Below, one piece after another: positions 10,397 through 20,417 of a stretch of DNA of 64,000 nucleotides; position 1 is the stretch's first letter; each line of letters opens with the position of its first letter. Made by a program: the position numbers and the translations under genes. The notes under the pieces were generated by a model that made no database searches, had not been told where the DNA came from, and saw only the letters and a list, made by a program, of their open reading frames with translations. The DNA is from Candidatus Latescibacterota bacterium (GTDB lineage Bacteria; Latescibacterota; UBA2968; GCA-2709665): NCBI GenBank assembly GCA_965237675.1, contig OZ250150.1:2528001-2592000 (forward strand). The letters run 5' to 3'.

Positions 10397-11217
10397 CCGA
10401 TTCATCCCGACTCGCTACGTTCCCTTCGCTCACCGACCTTGCGCAGGTCAGACTCGCTCAGGCGCCTTGCGAGTCGGGCAACTCGACGGCCGAATTAAGG
10501 CAATCTATTTCCGGGACAGAACACTAAAGGAAACTGTATCCGCAACCATGGGAGCCTGCGTTGGGAAGGTATCATCGAATTTCCCTGACGTCAAGTTGAA
10601 TGGGGATGGCGATTCAACCACTGAAACGGTCCTTGAGAAAGAGGTAAGAGACATTGGCGCTCCTGTGCACAAGGGTATTGCCACGTTCTGCTATGCGCTC
10701 TACATTGCTCTCCTATCCTTAAAGGGGAATTGTCTTGATGTAGACACAGAGGACTGGCGGAATTCGGGTGGCTTCCAACCATTCCCCTTGTCTGGAAAGC
10801 CGCCTGATCACGCACCTTGACGAACGAAAGCGCCAGGTAAACATCAGGCGGGGTGAACCGTGTCTTCATCTGCCACCCCGCCACGTTTCAGGCGCCCAAA
10901 AGCTGTCGCGTAAACGATAAACGAAGTCCGATATAATTAGCAGCAATAGAATCATGTGAAAACGTCTATGATGTCAAGGTTGAAAGCTTGTCGAATGGTA
11001 CAAAATTTGCCCTGGACTCCACTTTCTTGCGATTTTTAGACGCATCGTTTCAATATCCCGCTTTTTCCGGGGAACTGGTCAGGATCGTGTGGCGTGGATC
11101 GACTCCAGGTGGGAACCCGACCCGGGTGTAGTCGGCGGAATGGACAGTCGCCTCTGGAGTTCATTCAAACGGGCTGGACTTTCGCCGGATTCCAGAATTT
11201 TTGTCAGGAGGTAAGAT

Positions 11218-14200
11218 ATGTTAAATCTGGCATTGTACAGAAATGGCAGCCGGCCGTACGTGAGCAGCATTTCGTACAACCACCACGCGTCCAGGATCAA
11301 CGATGGAATCAGGCCGGACGAGCAGGCCTCCACGAGCGATACGGCCTGGGCCTCGGCTTCGGAACGATTGCCGCAGTGGGCGGCGGTTGTGTTTCCGAGC
11401 CTCGCCCGGGTTGACCGGTTGGTGATTTACTGGGGGAAGGGACGTTTGCCCGAGTCCTCCCGCAAGGTCGAAATTCAGGGCCGGGTTGGAGGTGCGTGGG
11501 TTGCCATCGCGGCGCGGGACATCCCGGAGCCCGAGCGGAAGACGGTGTTTGTTTTCAATCCCGTGCAGGTCGAGGCGGTACGGATATGGCAGGACGTGGA
11601 CTGTGGCGCGGAAGCGGCGCCGGGACGGATGCACGTGGCTCAGTTCGAGGTCTACGGTGCCTTCGTGGAAGGTCCAGCGGTGGATTGTCTGAAGATCCGG
11701 GATGCGCTCCGGGAGGAATGGGAGGACAATTTTCGAGCGGCAAGACGGGAGATCACGCGGGAGGTGTTGGACCGCATCGATCGGTCGCCCGGGGAACGTC
11801 CGTCGGTCGGGCCGGTGGGAGCGGACGAAATCGCGCGGGCGCGGCGGAACCGGGCTGCGACGGTGTGGGGCAGGAAGCAGGCGGAGAAGATCCTGAAAGA
11901 CGCGTCGTGGTGGTTGGACAAGGGCGATGAGTTTATCTACGGGATGATACCCACGCGGAATCCGCGAGCGATTTCGCCGAGTTACGAGCGGGGTTGTCCG
12001 ATCCACGGCGGAGGTCGCAAATGCATGCGGACGAATACGGCGCTGGAGTACCGGTGGCAGTGCGTAAACGGTGGGGAGTGGTGGTACAATGGAGCGGTCG
12101 TGGAGAATCCGTCCACGGGAGAGCCTGTGGAGGTGTGGGACGACGACGATGGATGGACCGCACCGGAGGGTTTCGCCCACCCGGGTACGATCTACCATTT
12201 CAATTCGGCGTGGCGCTACTATGTTCTTTCCAGGCTGTTTTTCCATCCGTACGAGTTGACGATTGCGTCTGAAGATGCGTATACGGGGGATACGGCCATC
12301 GTGCAGTTGTCCCATGCCTACGCGATAACGGGCGACGAGCGGTATGCCCATATCGTCGGAGTCATGCTCAACAGGCTGGCGGAAGTCTACCGTTTCTACA
12401 ATGGAACGGTGGACGAGCAGCGGCCGTTGACGCGAGGGTATCTGGTTCAGGTGAGTTGGGAGGAGAATCCGATTTACGACTGCATGGCGGCTTACGACCT
12501 GGTGATGGATTCGATGTTGAAAGACGAAGCGCTCCTCGCATTTTTCAGGTCCAGGGGCAACTGTGACTACAACCGGGACGGTCGAGTGGATTTTGAGGAC
12601 ATTCGGTACAATATCCGGCACAATCTGTTTGGCTACATGTATGAGTGGCTGCACCGGGCAATGGCGATTCAGAAAGGGGACTATATCATCCGGGAGGGAA
12701 TGGTGCTCTGGGCGCTGGGCGCCGTGCTTGGAAACGAGGAACTGGTCGAAGAGGCCACCGACGGACGTTACGGGCTGGCCGTGAATATGTCCAACAACAC
12801 GTTCCGGGACGGAAAGTGGTGGTACGATTCCCCCGGCTATGCCGTGGGAGCGGTGACGCAGGTAATTCTGGATCGCCTGTTTTCGATGAAGGGCACGGAA
12901 CGGATCGAGGATCACGGGCTGCGGATCAGAGAATCTATCGAGTTCGCCCGAAACATCGTATGCGACGGCCGGATTCCGGCAATTGGCGATACGGGCGGCG
13001 CGGATTCGAGGATGAAGGTGCTGAATCCGTTCGCGAACTGCGAAATCGACGAACTGGCCTACATACATACCGGGGATGGGGCCTATCGAAATCGGCTGCT
13101 TTCGCTTTCAGAAGGGAACGTGGACCGGATCAGGGAGCGGTACGCCGATGCCAACCTGCTGTTTCATGCCGATCCGATCCGAGGGAAGTCCCGGCCTTTT
13201 GTGCCGCGAACGACGGTTTTTCATGATTCAGGGATTGCGATCCTGAGGACGGGAGCGAACATCGCGTCGCGGAAGCACCTGGTGTTGAATTACGGAAAGG
13301 GCAACGGCGGCCACGGTCACCGGGACAAGCTGGGGATCAACCTCATCACGTACGGTTATGATCTGGCGTGTGATCTGGGTTATCCGACCACGTTTACACA
13401 CAAGAAAGTGGACGGTTGGGAGAAGCACACCGCCAGCCACGCGACCGTTTGCATCGACGGGCAGGCTCAGGAGATTGCCACGGGCAGCCTGCGGTTCTAC
13501 GGGCGGACGCCAGGAATGCAGGCCATCTGCGCATCCGGAGAAACGGCGTATCCGGGATGCGCGGAGGTGTACGAACGGACCCTTGTGATGGTGGATGCGC
13601 CAGGCTCCGACGCGTATGTCGTCGACCTGTTCCGCGTGAGCGGTGGAACGACACACGACTATATGTTCCGGAGCCTGAGCGGGGATGACGGCGAGGACTT
13701 CAGGATGGAATTTCCCGAGGCCGCGGAGCCGTTGCGCCAGGTGCGGGGGACCGCCGCGGGGGAGGATGTCGCATTTGGCACCGCGCCAGGATTGGGATTT
13801 ATCAGGGATGTCGGCCGGACGGTCTGTGATGGGTTGTGGTCCGCCACGTGGCGGGTCGGCGATGAGGAGAATACGGGCATACGGCTGACGATGCTGGGGG
13901 ATCGCAATCGGGAGATTATCAACGGGAAGGGCGAGGGATACGGATTTTTCGGGCAGAGCCCGTGGGATGCGTGCGTGGCCGTCCGGCATGCGAGCGATGG
14001 CGGCGAAACGATTTTCGCGGGCGTACTGGAGCCGTTTCAGGGCGACACCTTCGTCAAGTCGGTGGAAGCATTGAGCGTCGCCGGCGGCATCGGCGCGAAG
14101 GTATGCCTCGATGGAAGAACCGACTACGTGTTTCGCCGATTGCAGAACGGTTCGGTTTGTACAGCGGTGATCGACGGGGACCACGTGGCGTTCGACGCGG

Positions 14201-14859
14201 AGGTGGCGAGGATTACCGTGTATGAGTCGGGCGGGTGTGATTTGCAGATCGTACAGGGGGTCCGGTTGCGATTTGGAGACGAGGTCCTCGAGGGCGCTGC
14301 GTTACCGGCCGGCCGGGTGGATGCCGTCGATCCGGAAGACCGGTCAGTCGATGTGACCATGGATTCCGGAGACGGGATTGTGGAAGGGGATGTTATCGTT
14401 TTCAGGAATCCAGCCTATATCTGCAATTCAAGTTACGAGGTGATCCACGCTGAAGCGATGGATGGAAACCGGCACAGGGTCCGGTTGAACATGTCGCTGA
14501 ATCTGTCGGAGGGCACCGTGCGATCCGTAGACCGGGAGACAGGGTTGTTCGCGACCGACACCTGTATGACCAAGCTGGAAGTCTGTCCCGGACTGTTCGA
14601 CGGAAAGGCGATCCACTCGGCCGGTGAAGCCGTTGGTCCAATCGAGGCGGCCGGTCCCGACATTCCGGGGCCGGAAGAACGGCCGTTTGCGAGCGGGAAG
14701 GGCAGCGGCGATCCGGCGGCCGGTACGTTGAACTATTTCCGGTTCCACGATCACCCCTCGGGATCCGGCGTAAATGTGGGGGACCGGTTCATGGTGTGCG
14801 ACCTGAATGCGGGCGATCGGTTCGAGGTGATGCGATCGGCTCACAGAGCAGTGCGGTAG
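11218..14859 (+). CDS. Heparinase II/III-like polysaccharide lyase with N-terminal discoidin (F5/8)-like domain
   Basis: N-terminal NDG..TAW..W..V.F..VIYW..VRIW discoidin pattern; WYDSPGY, PAIGD, SGIAILR, GHGHRDKLG, SHATVCIDG motifs; RBS AGGAGG upstream. Confidence 0.75.
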   Translation: MLNLALYRNGSRPYVSSISYNHHASRINDGIRPDEQASTSDTAWASASERLPQWAAVVFPSLARVDRLVIYWGKGRLPESSRKVEIQGRVGGAWVAIAARDIPEPERKTVFVFNPVQVEAVRIWQDVDCGAEAAPGRMHVAQFEVYGAFVEGPAVDCLKIRDALREEWEDNFRAARREITREVLDRIDRSPGERPSVGPVGADEIARARRNRAATVWGRKQAEKILKDASWWLDKGDEFIYGMIPTRNPRAISPSYERGCPIHGGGRKCMRTNTALEYRWQCVNGGEWWYNGAVVENPSTGEPVEVWDDDDGWTAPEGFAHPGTIYHFNSAWRYYVLSRLFFHPYELTIASEDAYTGDTAIVQLSHAYAITGDERYAHIVGVMLNRLAEVYRFYNGTVDEQRPLTRGYLVQVSWEENPIYDCMAAYDLVMDSMLKDEALLAFFRSRGNCDYNRDGRVDFEDIRYNIRHNLFGYMYEWLHRAMAIQKGDYIIREGMVLWALGAVLGNEELVEEATDGRYGLAVNMSNNTFRDGKWWYDSPGYAVGAVTQVILDRLFSMKGTERIEDHGLRIRESIEFARNIVCDGRIPAIGDTGGADSRMKVLNPFANCEIDELAYIHTGDGAYRNRLLSLSEGNVDRIRERYADANLLFHADPIRGKSRPFVPRTTVFHDSGIAILRTGANIASRKHLVLNYGKGNGGHGHRDKLGINLITYGYDLACDLGYPTTFTHKKVDGWEKHTASHATVCIDGQAQEIATGSLRFYGRTPGMQAICASGETAYPGCAEVYERTLVMVDAPGSDAYVVDLFRVSGGTTHDYMFRSLSGDDGEDFRMEFPEAAEPLRQVRGTAAGEDVAFGTAPGLGFIRDVGRTVCDGLWSATWRVGDEENTGIRLTMLGDRNREIINGKGEGYGFFGQSPWDACVAVRHASDGGETIFAGVLEPFQGDTFVKSVEALSVAGGIGAKVCLDGRTDYVFRRLQNGSVCTAVIDGDHVAFDAEVARITVYESGGCDLQIVQGVRLRFGDEVLEGAALPAGRVDAVDPEDRSVDVTMDSGDGIVEGDVIVFRNPAYICNSSYEVIHAEAMDGNRHRVRLNMSLNLSEGTVRSVDRETGLFATDTCMTKLEVCPGLFDGKAIHSAGEAVGPIEAAGPDIPGPEERPFASGKGSGDPAAGTLNYFRFHDHPSGSGVNVGDRFMVCDLNAGDRFEVMRSAHRAVR

Positions 14860-15106
14860 TGCTGCCTGCGGCTCACATTCGTGGGATGGTGGATCGCGGA
14901 ACTGCACAAAAAATGGCCATTACCAGAGGCCCCGAGGTAGTGGTATCTGCGGGCTGACAATCGATTGAACGATTCTCAGGTGCCGCTAAAGGTTGGCTAC
15001 TTCTGGTGCCTGGGCAATGGCTTGCGGGACAAGATAGACCGGCATGAACGGGATGTCAATGAGAAAACGCCCATCCATCCGATACCCCTTGTGGTCCCGT
15101 TTTCTC

Positions 15107-15430
15107 CTATGCCAACTTCCCATGGACCGCAATCCAGATGCAGGGTGGATCCGCGCTTGTGTGTTCCACGCGGTGTCTCTTATGGGCCGGAATGAGAAGA
15201 TGGTCGCCCGCGCGCAGTTCCAGGGTCCGGCCGTCTTCAAAGGCCAGGACGGCGTCGCCCTGGAGAAGGACGACCTATTCGTCCCGTTCCTGCTCGTACC
15301 ATCCCCCGGGCGGGGTGGCCTGGCCGGTGGAGACGATGCGTTCGATGAGCACACCGCGATCGGGAATAAGGCGGGTGAACTGCTCTTCATTCCCGACACG
15401 GGTCGGTAGATCGTAGATATTGGCGGTCAT
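15107..15430 (-). pseudogene. Cupin-domain protein with one in-frame TAG (codon 52)
   Basis: Reads MTANIYDLP...IERIVSTGQATPPGGWYEQERDE*VVLLQGDA...GDHLLIPAHKRHRVEHTSADPPCIWIAVH; TAG at 15275-15277 replaces the usual Trp. Confidence 0.8.
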
Positions 15431-16067
15431 GAGTGAGCGGTTGAGCGGACTGGATGTGGTTGCTCAGTTTTCGAGTCGCGCCTTCCGGATCGGGCTGGCA
15501 GCAGACGGCTGAAATAACGGCGATGCCATGGGCCCCCGATGCGACCACGCCGGCCGCATTTTCCGCGCTGATTCCACCGATGGCAATCACGGGCGCCCGG
15601 ACGGCGCGGGCAAAATCGGCCAACTCTTGCAGTCCCTGCGCTTCGCCCGCGTCGCTCTTCGAGCCGGTTGGAAAGATGGGCCCGAATCCCACGTAATCCG
15701 CGCCGTCCGCGATGCCACGCCGGGCTTCGTCGAGGTTCCCGGCGGACACGCCGATGATCCGCTCTGCGGCTAATAGATTTCTGGCAAGCGCAACCGGGAA
15801 GTCGTCCTGGCCGAGGTGTACGCCGTGGGCGTCGGCTGCGAGGGCGACGTCGATTCTATCGTTGACAATGAGCGGGACCCCCGACCGGGCGCAGATGTCC
15901 CGCATGGCGCGAGCGGTTTCGATCATGTCGCGCGTGTGGCCGGTTTTCTGGCGGTATTGCACGGTGTCCGCGCCGCCCGCGACGGCCATCCGGGCCAGAT
16001 CGGCATGGGTGTAGCGGGTTTGCAGAACGGTGTCCGTGAGAACATGAAGGGCGCCGATTTTCTTCAT
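15387..16067 (-). CDS. thiE: Thiamine-phosphate synthase
   Basis: VQYRQK, LIVNDRIDVA, GVHLGQDD, GPIFPTGSK, AIGGI motifs. Confidence 0.9.
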   Translation of the reverse strand: MKKIGALHVLTDTVLQTRYTHADLARMAVAGGADTVQYRQKTGHTRDMIETARAMRDICARSGVPLIVNDRIDVALAADAHGVHLGQDDFPVALARNLLAAERIIGVSAGNLDEARRGIADGADYVGFGPIFPTGSKSDAGEAQGLQELADFARAVRAPVIAIGGISAENAAGVVASGAHGIAVISAVCCQPDPEGATRKLSNHIQSAQPLTHDRQYLRSTDPCRE

Positions 16068-16861
16068 TTATCGCCGTCGAGGAAGAAGAAGTGGTGCGTT
16101 GGACCGCGCCCGCGGCCGATGGAGAGGCCGTGGCGAATGGCTTCGGTGATGTACGTTTTCGCGTTTTCGACGGCCGATATGAGGCGCTGGCCTCTGGCGA
16201 GGTTCGCTGCGATGGCGGCCGATAGGGTACAACCCGTACCGTGCGTGTTTCGGGCTGGCAATCGTTCGCCGGAAAAGACAGTTTCTTCGGACCCGTCGAA
16301 GAACACGTCCACCGCGGAATGGGGATCGAACAGATGGCCGCCCTTGACCAGCACGGCCCCGGGGCCCGCATCGAAGATGATACGCGCGGCCGTCTTCGCG
16401 TGGTCCAGGTTTTCGACGGGTATGCCTGCCAGTATCTGAGCCTCCCGCAGGTTGGGCGTGACAAGTGCGGCCAGGGGCAGGAGGCGTTTCTTGACGCTCG
16501 CAACGGCTTCCGGTTCAAGCAGGTCGAAGCCGCTCGTGGAGATCATTACCGGATCGACAACGAGATTGGACACCTGCCGTTCCGCGAGTTTTTCAGCGAC
16601 GACGTTGACCACTTGACCGGACGAGAGCATGCCGGTCTTCACCGCTGAAACGTCGAAGTCGTCGAAAACAGTGTCGATCTGGGTTGCGATAAGGTCCACG
16701 GGCAATTCGAACGACCTTCTGATCTCCCTCGTGTTCTGGGCGGTAATCGCGGTGATGACCGATAGGCCGTAAACGCCATTGGCGTGAAAGGATTTGAGGT
16801 CGGCCTGGATGCCGGCCCCCCCGCCGGAGTCGGAACCGGCAATGGAAAGGACCTGTTTCAT
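16064..16861 (-). CDS. thiD: Hydroxymethylpyrimidine/phosphomethylpyrimidine kinase
   Basis: SIAGSDSGGGAGIQADLK, VDPVM, TPN, HGTGCT; true start is ATG 16861 (MKQVL), overlapping the upstream stop. Confidence 0.95.
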   Translation of the reverse strand: MKQVLSIAGSDSGGGAGIQADLKSFHANGVYGLSVITAITAQNTREIRRSFELPVDLIATQIDTVFDDFDVSAVKTGMLSSGQVVNVVAEKLAERQVSNLVVDPVMISTSGFDLLEPEAVASVKKRLLPLAALVTPNLREAQILAGIPVENLDHAKTAARIIFDAGPGAVLVKGGHLFDPHSAVDVFFDGSEETVFSGERLPARNTHGTGCTLSAAIAANLARGQRLISAVENAKTYITEAIRHGLSIGRGRGPTHHFFFLDGDK

Positions 16862-17523
16862 GGCGGCGGAGGACAAACGGGTTCGGGTGTCGAAGACCAG
16901 GCCTTGAGATAGGCCCTGACGGCGGAAGGGACGTTTCCGGCTGCGAGGATACCCGACATGACGGCCACGCCCGCGGCGCCCTCGCCTTTGCATGCGGCAA
17001 CCCGTTCGGGCGTGATGCCGCCCAGAGCGTAGACGGGACGGGATGACCATCCCGCCGCGAAGCGAAGGGCCCGGGGCCCCGTGCCGGGCCCGTATCCGGG
17101 TTTCGAGCCCGGACTGTGGATCGGGCTGAAGGTGAGAAAATCCGCGCCGTCTGCCTCCCCGCATTCCATTCTGTTGTGTGTCGAACGCCCGATGAGCAGG
17201 TGGTTTCCGAATTGTTGTCGAATGCTCGATGGGGCGGGTCCTGATGCGGGAAGGTGGACGCCCGCCGCGCCGATATCGCGTGCAAGCCCCGCATGGGTGT
17301 TGACGAGCAGGCGCGCGTCGTAATTCTCGACACGGCGCTGGAGACGTGCCGCAAGTCGACGGAGCGTTCCGACTTCGAGACGTTTTTCCCTCAACTGGAC
17401 GAGGCGGACGCCTGCGTCCAGCGCTTCCGCGAGTACGTCTTCCAGGAGACGGGGCGCACACGTTGCACGGTCTGCGATCAGATAAAGTGGCGGCAACCTC
17501 ATCGCACGTGCGGTCTCATTCAT
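16858..17523 (-). CDS. ThiE-like protein, probably thiazole tautomerase TenI
   Basis: ThiE fold (VQLREK, GVHLP, YALGGI) but lacking ND/GQDD (LLVNTH, HLPAS); lies in a ThiO-type operon. Confidence 0.7.
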   Translation of the reverse strand: MNETARAMRLPPLYLIADRATCAPRLLEDVLAEALDAGVRLVQLREKRLEVGTLRRLAARLQRRVENYDARLLVNTHAGLARDIGAAGVHLPASGPAPSSIRQQFGNHLLIGRSTHNRMECGEADGADFLTFSPIHSPGSKPGYGPGTGPRALRFAAGWSSRPVYALGGITPERVAACKGEGAAGVAVMSGILAAGNVPSAVRAYLKAWSSTPEPVCPPPP

Positions 17524-18295
17524 GGCTGACCGCGCCCTCCGTGGGCGTGGAAGCCGTGGCGTAGAGTCTTTGCGGGATGCGCCCCGCCTCGTACGCGAGA
17601 CGGCCTGCGCGGACAGCCTGACCCATGGCTTCGGCCATTCGTACGGGGTGGCGGGCGCCGGCCACGGCCGTATTCAGCATCACGCCGTCGCAGCCGAGTT
17701 CCATCGCCTCCGCCGCGTCGGAGGCGGTGCCCACACCGGCGTCGACGATAACGGGGAGATCGACCGTGTCCAGGATAATGCGGAGGTTGTAGGGGTTTCG
17801 TATGCCCATTCCCGAGCCGATGGGGGCGCCAAGCGGCATGACCGCGGCGCAGCCGGCGTCCTCCAGTTTCTTGCAGGTGACGGGGTCGTCGTTGCAGTAG
17901 GGCAACACCGTAAAGCCGTCTCGAATCAGTTCCTGCGCCGCCTCCAACAGCCCCGCCACGTCCGGGAAGAGGGTGTTCTCGTCGCCGATAACTTCCAGCT
18001 TGATCAGGTCGGTTGCCAGGGCTTCGCGCGCGAGCCTGGCCGTGAGCACGGCGTCCCGGGCGGTGAAACATCCCGCGGTGTTGGGCAGCAGCGTATATCT
18101 TTTTCGGTCGATCAGATCGATCAGGCTTTCGCCGGAGGGATCCTCCAGGTTGATCCGCCGGATGCCAACGGTCACGATGTTCGCGCCGCTGGCGTGGATG
18201 GCGTCCAGCATGATCTGCATGTTGGGATAACGGGCCGTCCCGATGATGAGACGGGAAGCGTACGTCGCGCCTGCAATGGTCAGACCATCAGACAT
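17516..18295 (-). CDS. thiG: Thiazole synthase
   Basis: [33 protein letters not shown]; start ATG 18295 after GAGGGGG. Confidence 0.95.
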   Translation of the reverse strand: MSDGLTIAGATYASRLIIGTARYPNMQIMLDAIHASGANIVTVGIRRINLEDPSGESLIDLIDRKRYTLLPNTAGCFTARDAVLTARLAREALATDLIKLEVIGDENTLFPDVAGLLEAAQELIRDGFTVLPYCNDDPVTCKKLEDAGCAAVMPLGAPIGSGMGIRNPYNLRIILDTVDLPVIVDAGVGTASDAAEAMELGCDGVMLNTAVAGARHPVRMAEAMGQAVRAGRLAYEAGRIPQRLYATASTPTEGAVSHE

Positions 18296-18426
18296 ATTAC
18301 CCCCCTCTGACAAACCGTTCGGACATACGTGCCGCCTGAACCGGATGCCCTTTCGACCTGGTCGACAACGGAATGACGTCGCGCACCGCGCCCTGCGCTC
18401 GCGGCGCGGGCGGCCGGGACAGAACG

Positions 18427-18633
18427 CTATCCGCCCTGTACCGCGGCGATGACGTCCACCCTGTCCCCGTTCTCCAGGCGGGTTGACGACCACGCCGCCC
18501 TGGATACGATTTCGGCGTTGACGGCAACGGCGATGCCCTTGCGGCCCGGGTCGTGTGAAAGGTCAATCAGCAGATCCCGGACGAAGATGCCGTTTCTGAC
18601 CGTTCTTTCTTCTCCGTTCACAATGATCTGCAT
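18427..18633 (-). CDS. thiS: Sulfur carrier protein
   Basis: 68 aa, MQIIVNGE...AVAVN...VQGG C-terminus. Confidence 0.95.
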   Translation of the reverse strand: MQIIVNGEERTVRNGIFVRDLLIDLSHDPGRKGIAVAVNAEIVSRAAWSSTRLENGDRVDVIAAVQGG

Positions 18634-18644
18634 CGGATTCCGTT

Positions 18645-19781
18645 TCAGGAGAAAAACCGGTCGATGCCGAACGGTCGGATATCGTCCGGTGTGTTGCCGG
18701 TCAGCACGAGTTCGGCCACCGCATAGGCGGTGACCGGCGCCAGCAGGACGCCCTTGCGGTAGTGGCCCGTGGCCACAATGAGGCCGTCCACGGGGGTTGT
18801 TCCCAGAATGGGCGCGTCGTCCCGGCTGCCCGGGCGAAGGCCGGCGACGGTTTCGATAATTGGCAGGTCGTAGATTCCCGGAACGACCTCCCAGGCGGCG
18901 CGCAGAAGTTCGAAGATGCCGCCCGCCGTCAAGCTCTGATCATAACCCATTTCTTCGGACGTGGCCCCCAAAACCAGACGCCCGCCCACTTTCGGACACA
19001 GGTAGGCGACCGCCGATGAGGCGGTCCGGTTGTACCAGACGATGGTTTTCAGGGTGCAGTCGTCGGTCATTTGCAGTCGGAGGATCTGGCCCCGCACGGG
19101 GCGAACCGGGGGTTTGGCGGCGTCGGGCAGGCCCGGAATGAGAGGGGACCAGCAGCCGGCTGCGAGGATGACGGTCGCAGCGGAGTACGGTTCATCTCCG
19201 GCGCTTATCCCATGGACCCGGTTCTGAACAATGTCGATGGTTTCGACCGGCGTGCATTCTCTGAGGGATCCGCCGGCCTTGAGAAATGCCCGCCGCAGGG
19301 CTTTGACCAGCAGGCGATTGTCCACCTGATGGTCACCCGGGCACCAGACCGCGGCGCCGATCTGAGGCGAGAGATGAGGCTCCCGTGCGCGCGCCTGGGC
19401 TCCGTTCAACCACTCGACGGGCAGGCCCAGGTCCCGCTGATAGTCATAGCGGAACCGTAGGTATTCGATATCGTCGCGGGTGATGCCGACCAGAAGGACG
19501 CCGTCGGGTCGATAGGCGACAGATAAACCGCTGTCGGATTCGAGTTCCGCGACAAAATCCGGGAAACGCCGCAGACTTTTCAGGCCGAGTTGGAGGAGCG
19601 CTTCTTCTTCGTGACGCACCTCCGCCAGGGGCGTGAGCATACCGGCTGAGGCCCGACTTGCCGCCTGGCCTGCGCGGTCTTTATCGAAAATCAGGACGTC
19701 CCGGCCCGCCCTGGCCAGTTGCCAGCCGATGCCGAGCCCGATGATGCCCGCGCCAATGATAATGATCCGGTCTGATGGCAC
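18645..19781 (-). CDS. thiO: Glycine oxidase
   Basis: IIGAGIIG FAD motif, ASRASAGML, PVRGQ, GHYRKG; GTG 19781 chosen because the longer ORF runs into the riboswitch. Confidence 0.9.
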   Translation of the reverse strand: MPSDRIIIIGAGIIGLGIGWQLARAGRDVLIFDKDRAGQAASRASAGMLTPLAEVRHEEEALLQLGLKSLRRFPDFVAELESDSGLSVAYRPDGVLLVGITRDDIEYLRFRYDYQRDLGLPVEWLNGAQARAREPHLSPQIGAAVWCPGDHQVDNRLLVKALRRAFLKAGGSLRECTPVETIDIVQNRVHGISAGDEPYSAATVILAAGCWSPLIPGLPDAAKPPVRPVRGQILRLQMTDDCTLKTIVWYNRTASSAVAYLCPKVGGRLVLGATSEEMGYDQSLTAGGIFELLRAAWEVVPGIYDLPIIETVAGLRPGSRDDAPILGTTPVDGLIVATGHYRKGVLLAPVTAYAVAELVLTGNTPDDIRPFGIDRFFS

Positions 19782-19844
19782 CTGATGAAATCCCAAAAAA
19801 GCCGCCGCCCTCGATCTGGTCGAAAAGCGGCTGGGGTGCGGTTC

Positions 19845-19925
19845 TTCGACTCCCTGCGCCGGCATAATCCGGATCAGGTTCAAAGGGTATGTTCTCAGCT
19901 CAGCGGGCGAGCACCCCTGCGTTGT
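19845..19925 (-). promoter_or_regulatory. TPP riboswitch
   Basis: Minus strand GCAGGGGTGCTC...GCTGAGAACATACCCTTTGAACCTGATCCGGATTATGCCGGCGCAGGGA matches the THI-box consensus directly upstream of thiO. Confidence 0.95.
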
Positions 19926-20260
19926 TATGGGACAAAGATAGGAGTTCGGCCGCCCTCCGTCAAGCGATTCCGCTTGACATCGACGGTTGATTGATTATTA
20001 AAGGCGGTGAGAAGAAAGAGGAAAGACGGGAGACGAGAGAAGAGCGAATCCTTTTGTGTCATTTTTCAAATTTAACGTCTTACACTTACGCCTTTGGGAT
20101 GTATTGAATGTTTGGGCTGACCGCTTTTCTCACTTCGGCTGGCAAGCAAGGAGGAAGAGGTGAGAAGGGTTGGTGACCTTGTCCAATGATTCCCCCGTAT
20201 CAGGATCCTCGCTAACAGGAAGGCAAAAGGACTCCCATCGCGAGGGCAAGATGGGGATGT

Positions 20261-20285
20261 GGGCGACCACAAGGGTCGCCCCTAC
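20261..20285 (-). repeat. GTAG-family REP palindrome
   Basis: GTAGGGGCGACCCTTGTGGTCGCCC; relatives at 26785, 42699, 44461. Confidence 0.8.
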
Positions 20286-20417
20286 AAATGGAACATGGAC
20301 ATGGACATTGATAGAATGATATCTCCGCCGTTGAAGCTGACCGCTGTGGATGTGGTTGGGATGGGTGGCATTCTTCCTTCTCGCTTCTAACGTCTTACGC
20401 TTTATAGGGAGGACTTT

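Noticed and set aside
11221-14184. Long minus-strand ORFs (615 aa, 318 aa) opposite the lyase gene
   Set aside because: Antisense shadows typical of GC-rich coding DNA; no motifs. The same applies to 20130-21485, 21361-22581, 39470-40711, 47114-48541 and 50803-52266.
15275-15277. Amber read-through or recoding in the cupin
   Set aside because: TAG serves as a normal stop for many genes in the window and the position is a conserved Trp; a point mutation or sequencing error is simpler.
19782-19883. N-terminal extension of ThiO (and similar extensions of ThiD, ThiG, PncC, gluconolactonase, ATPase in the ORF track)
   Set aside because: These overlap the riboswitch or upstream genes; downstream starts fit the family N-termini.
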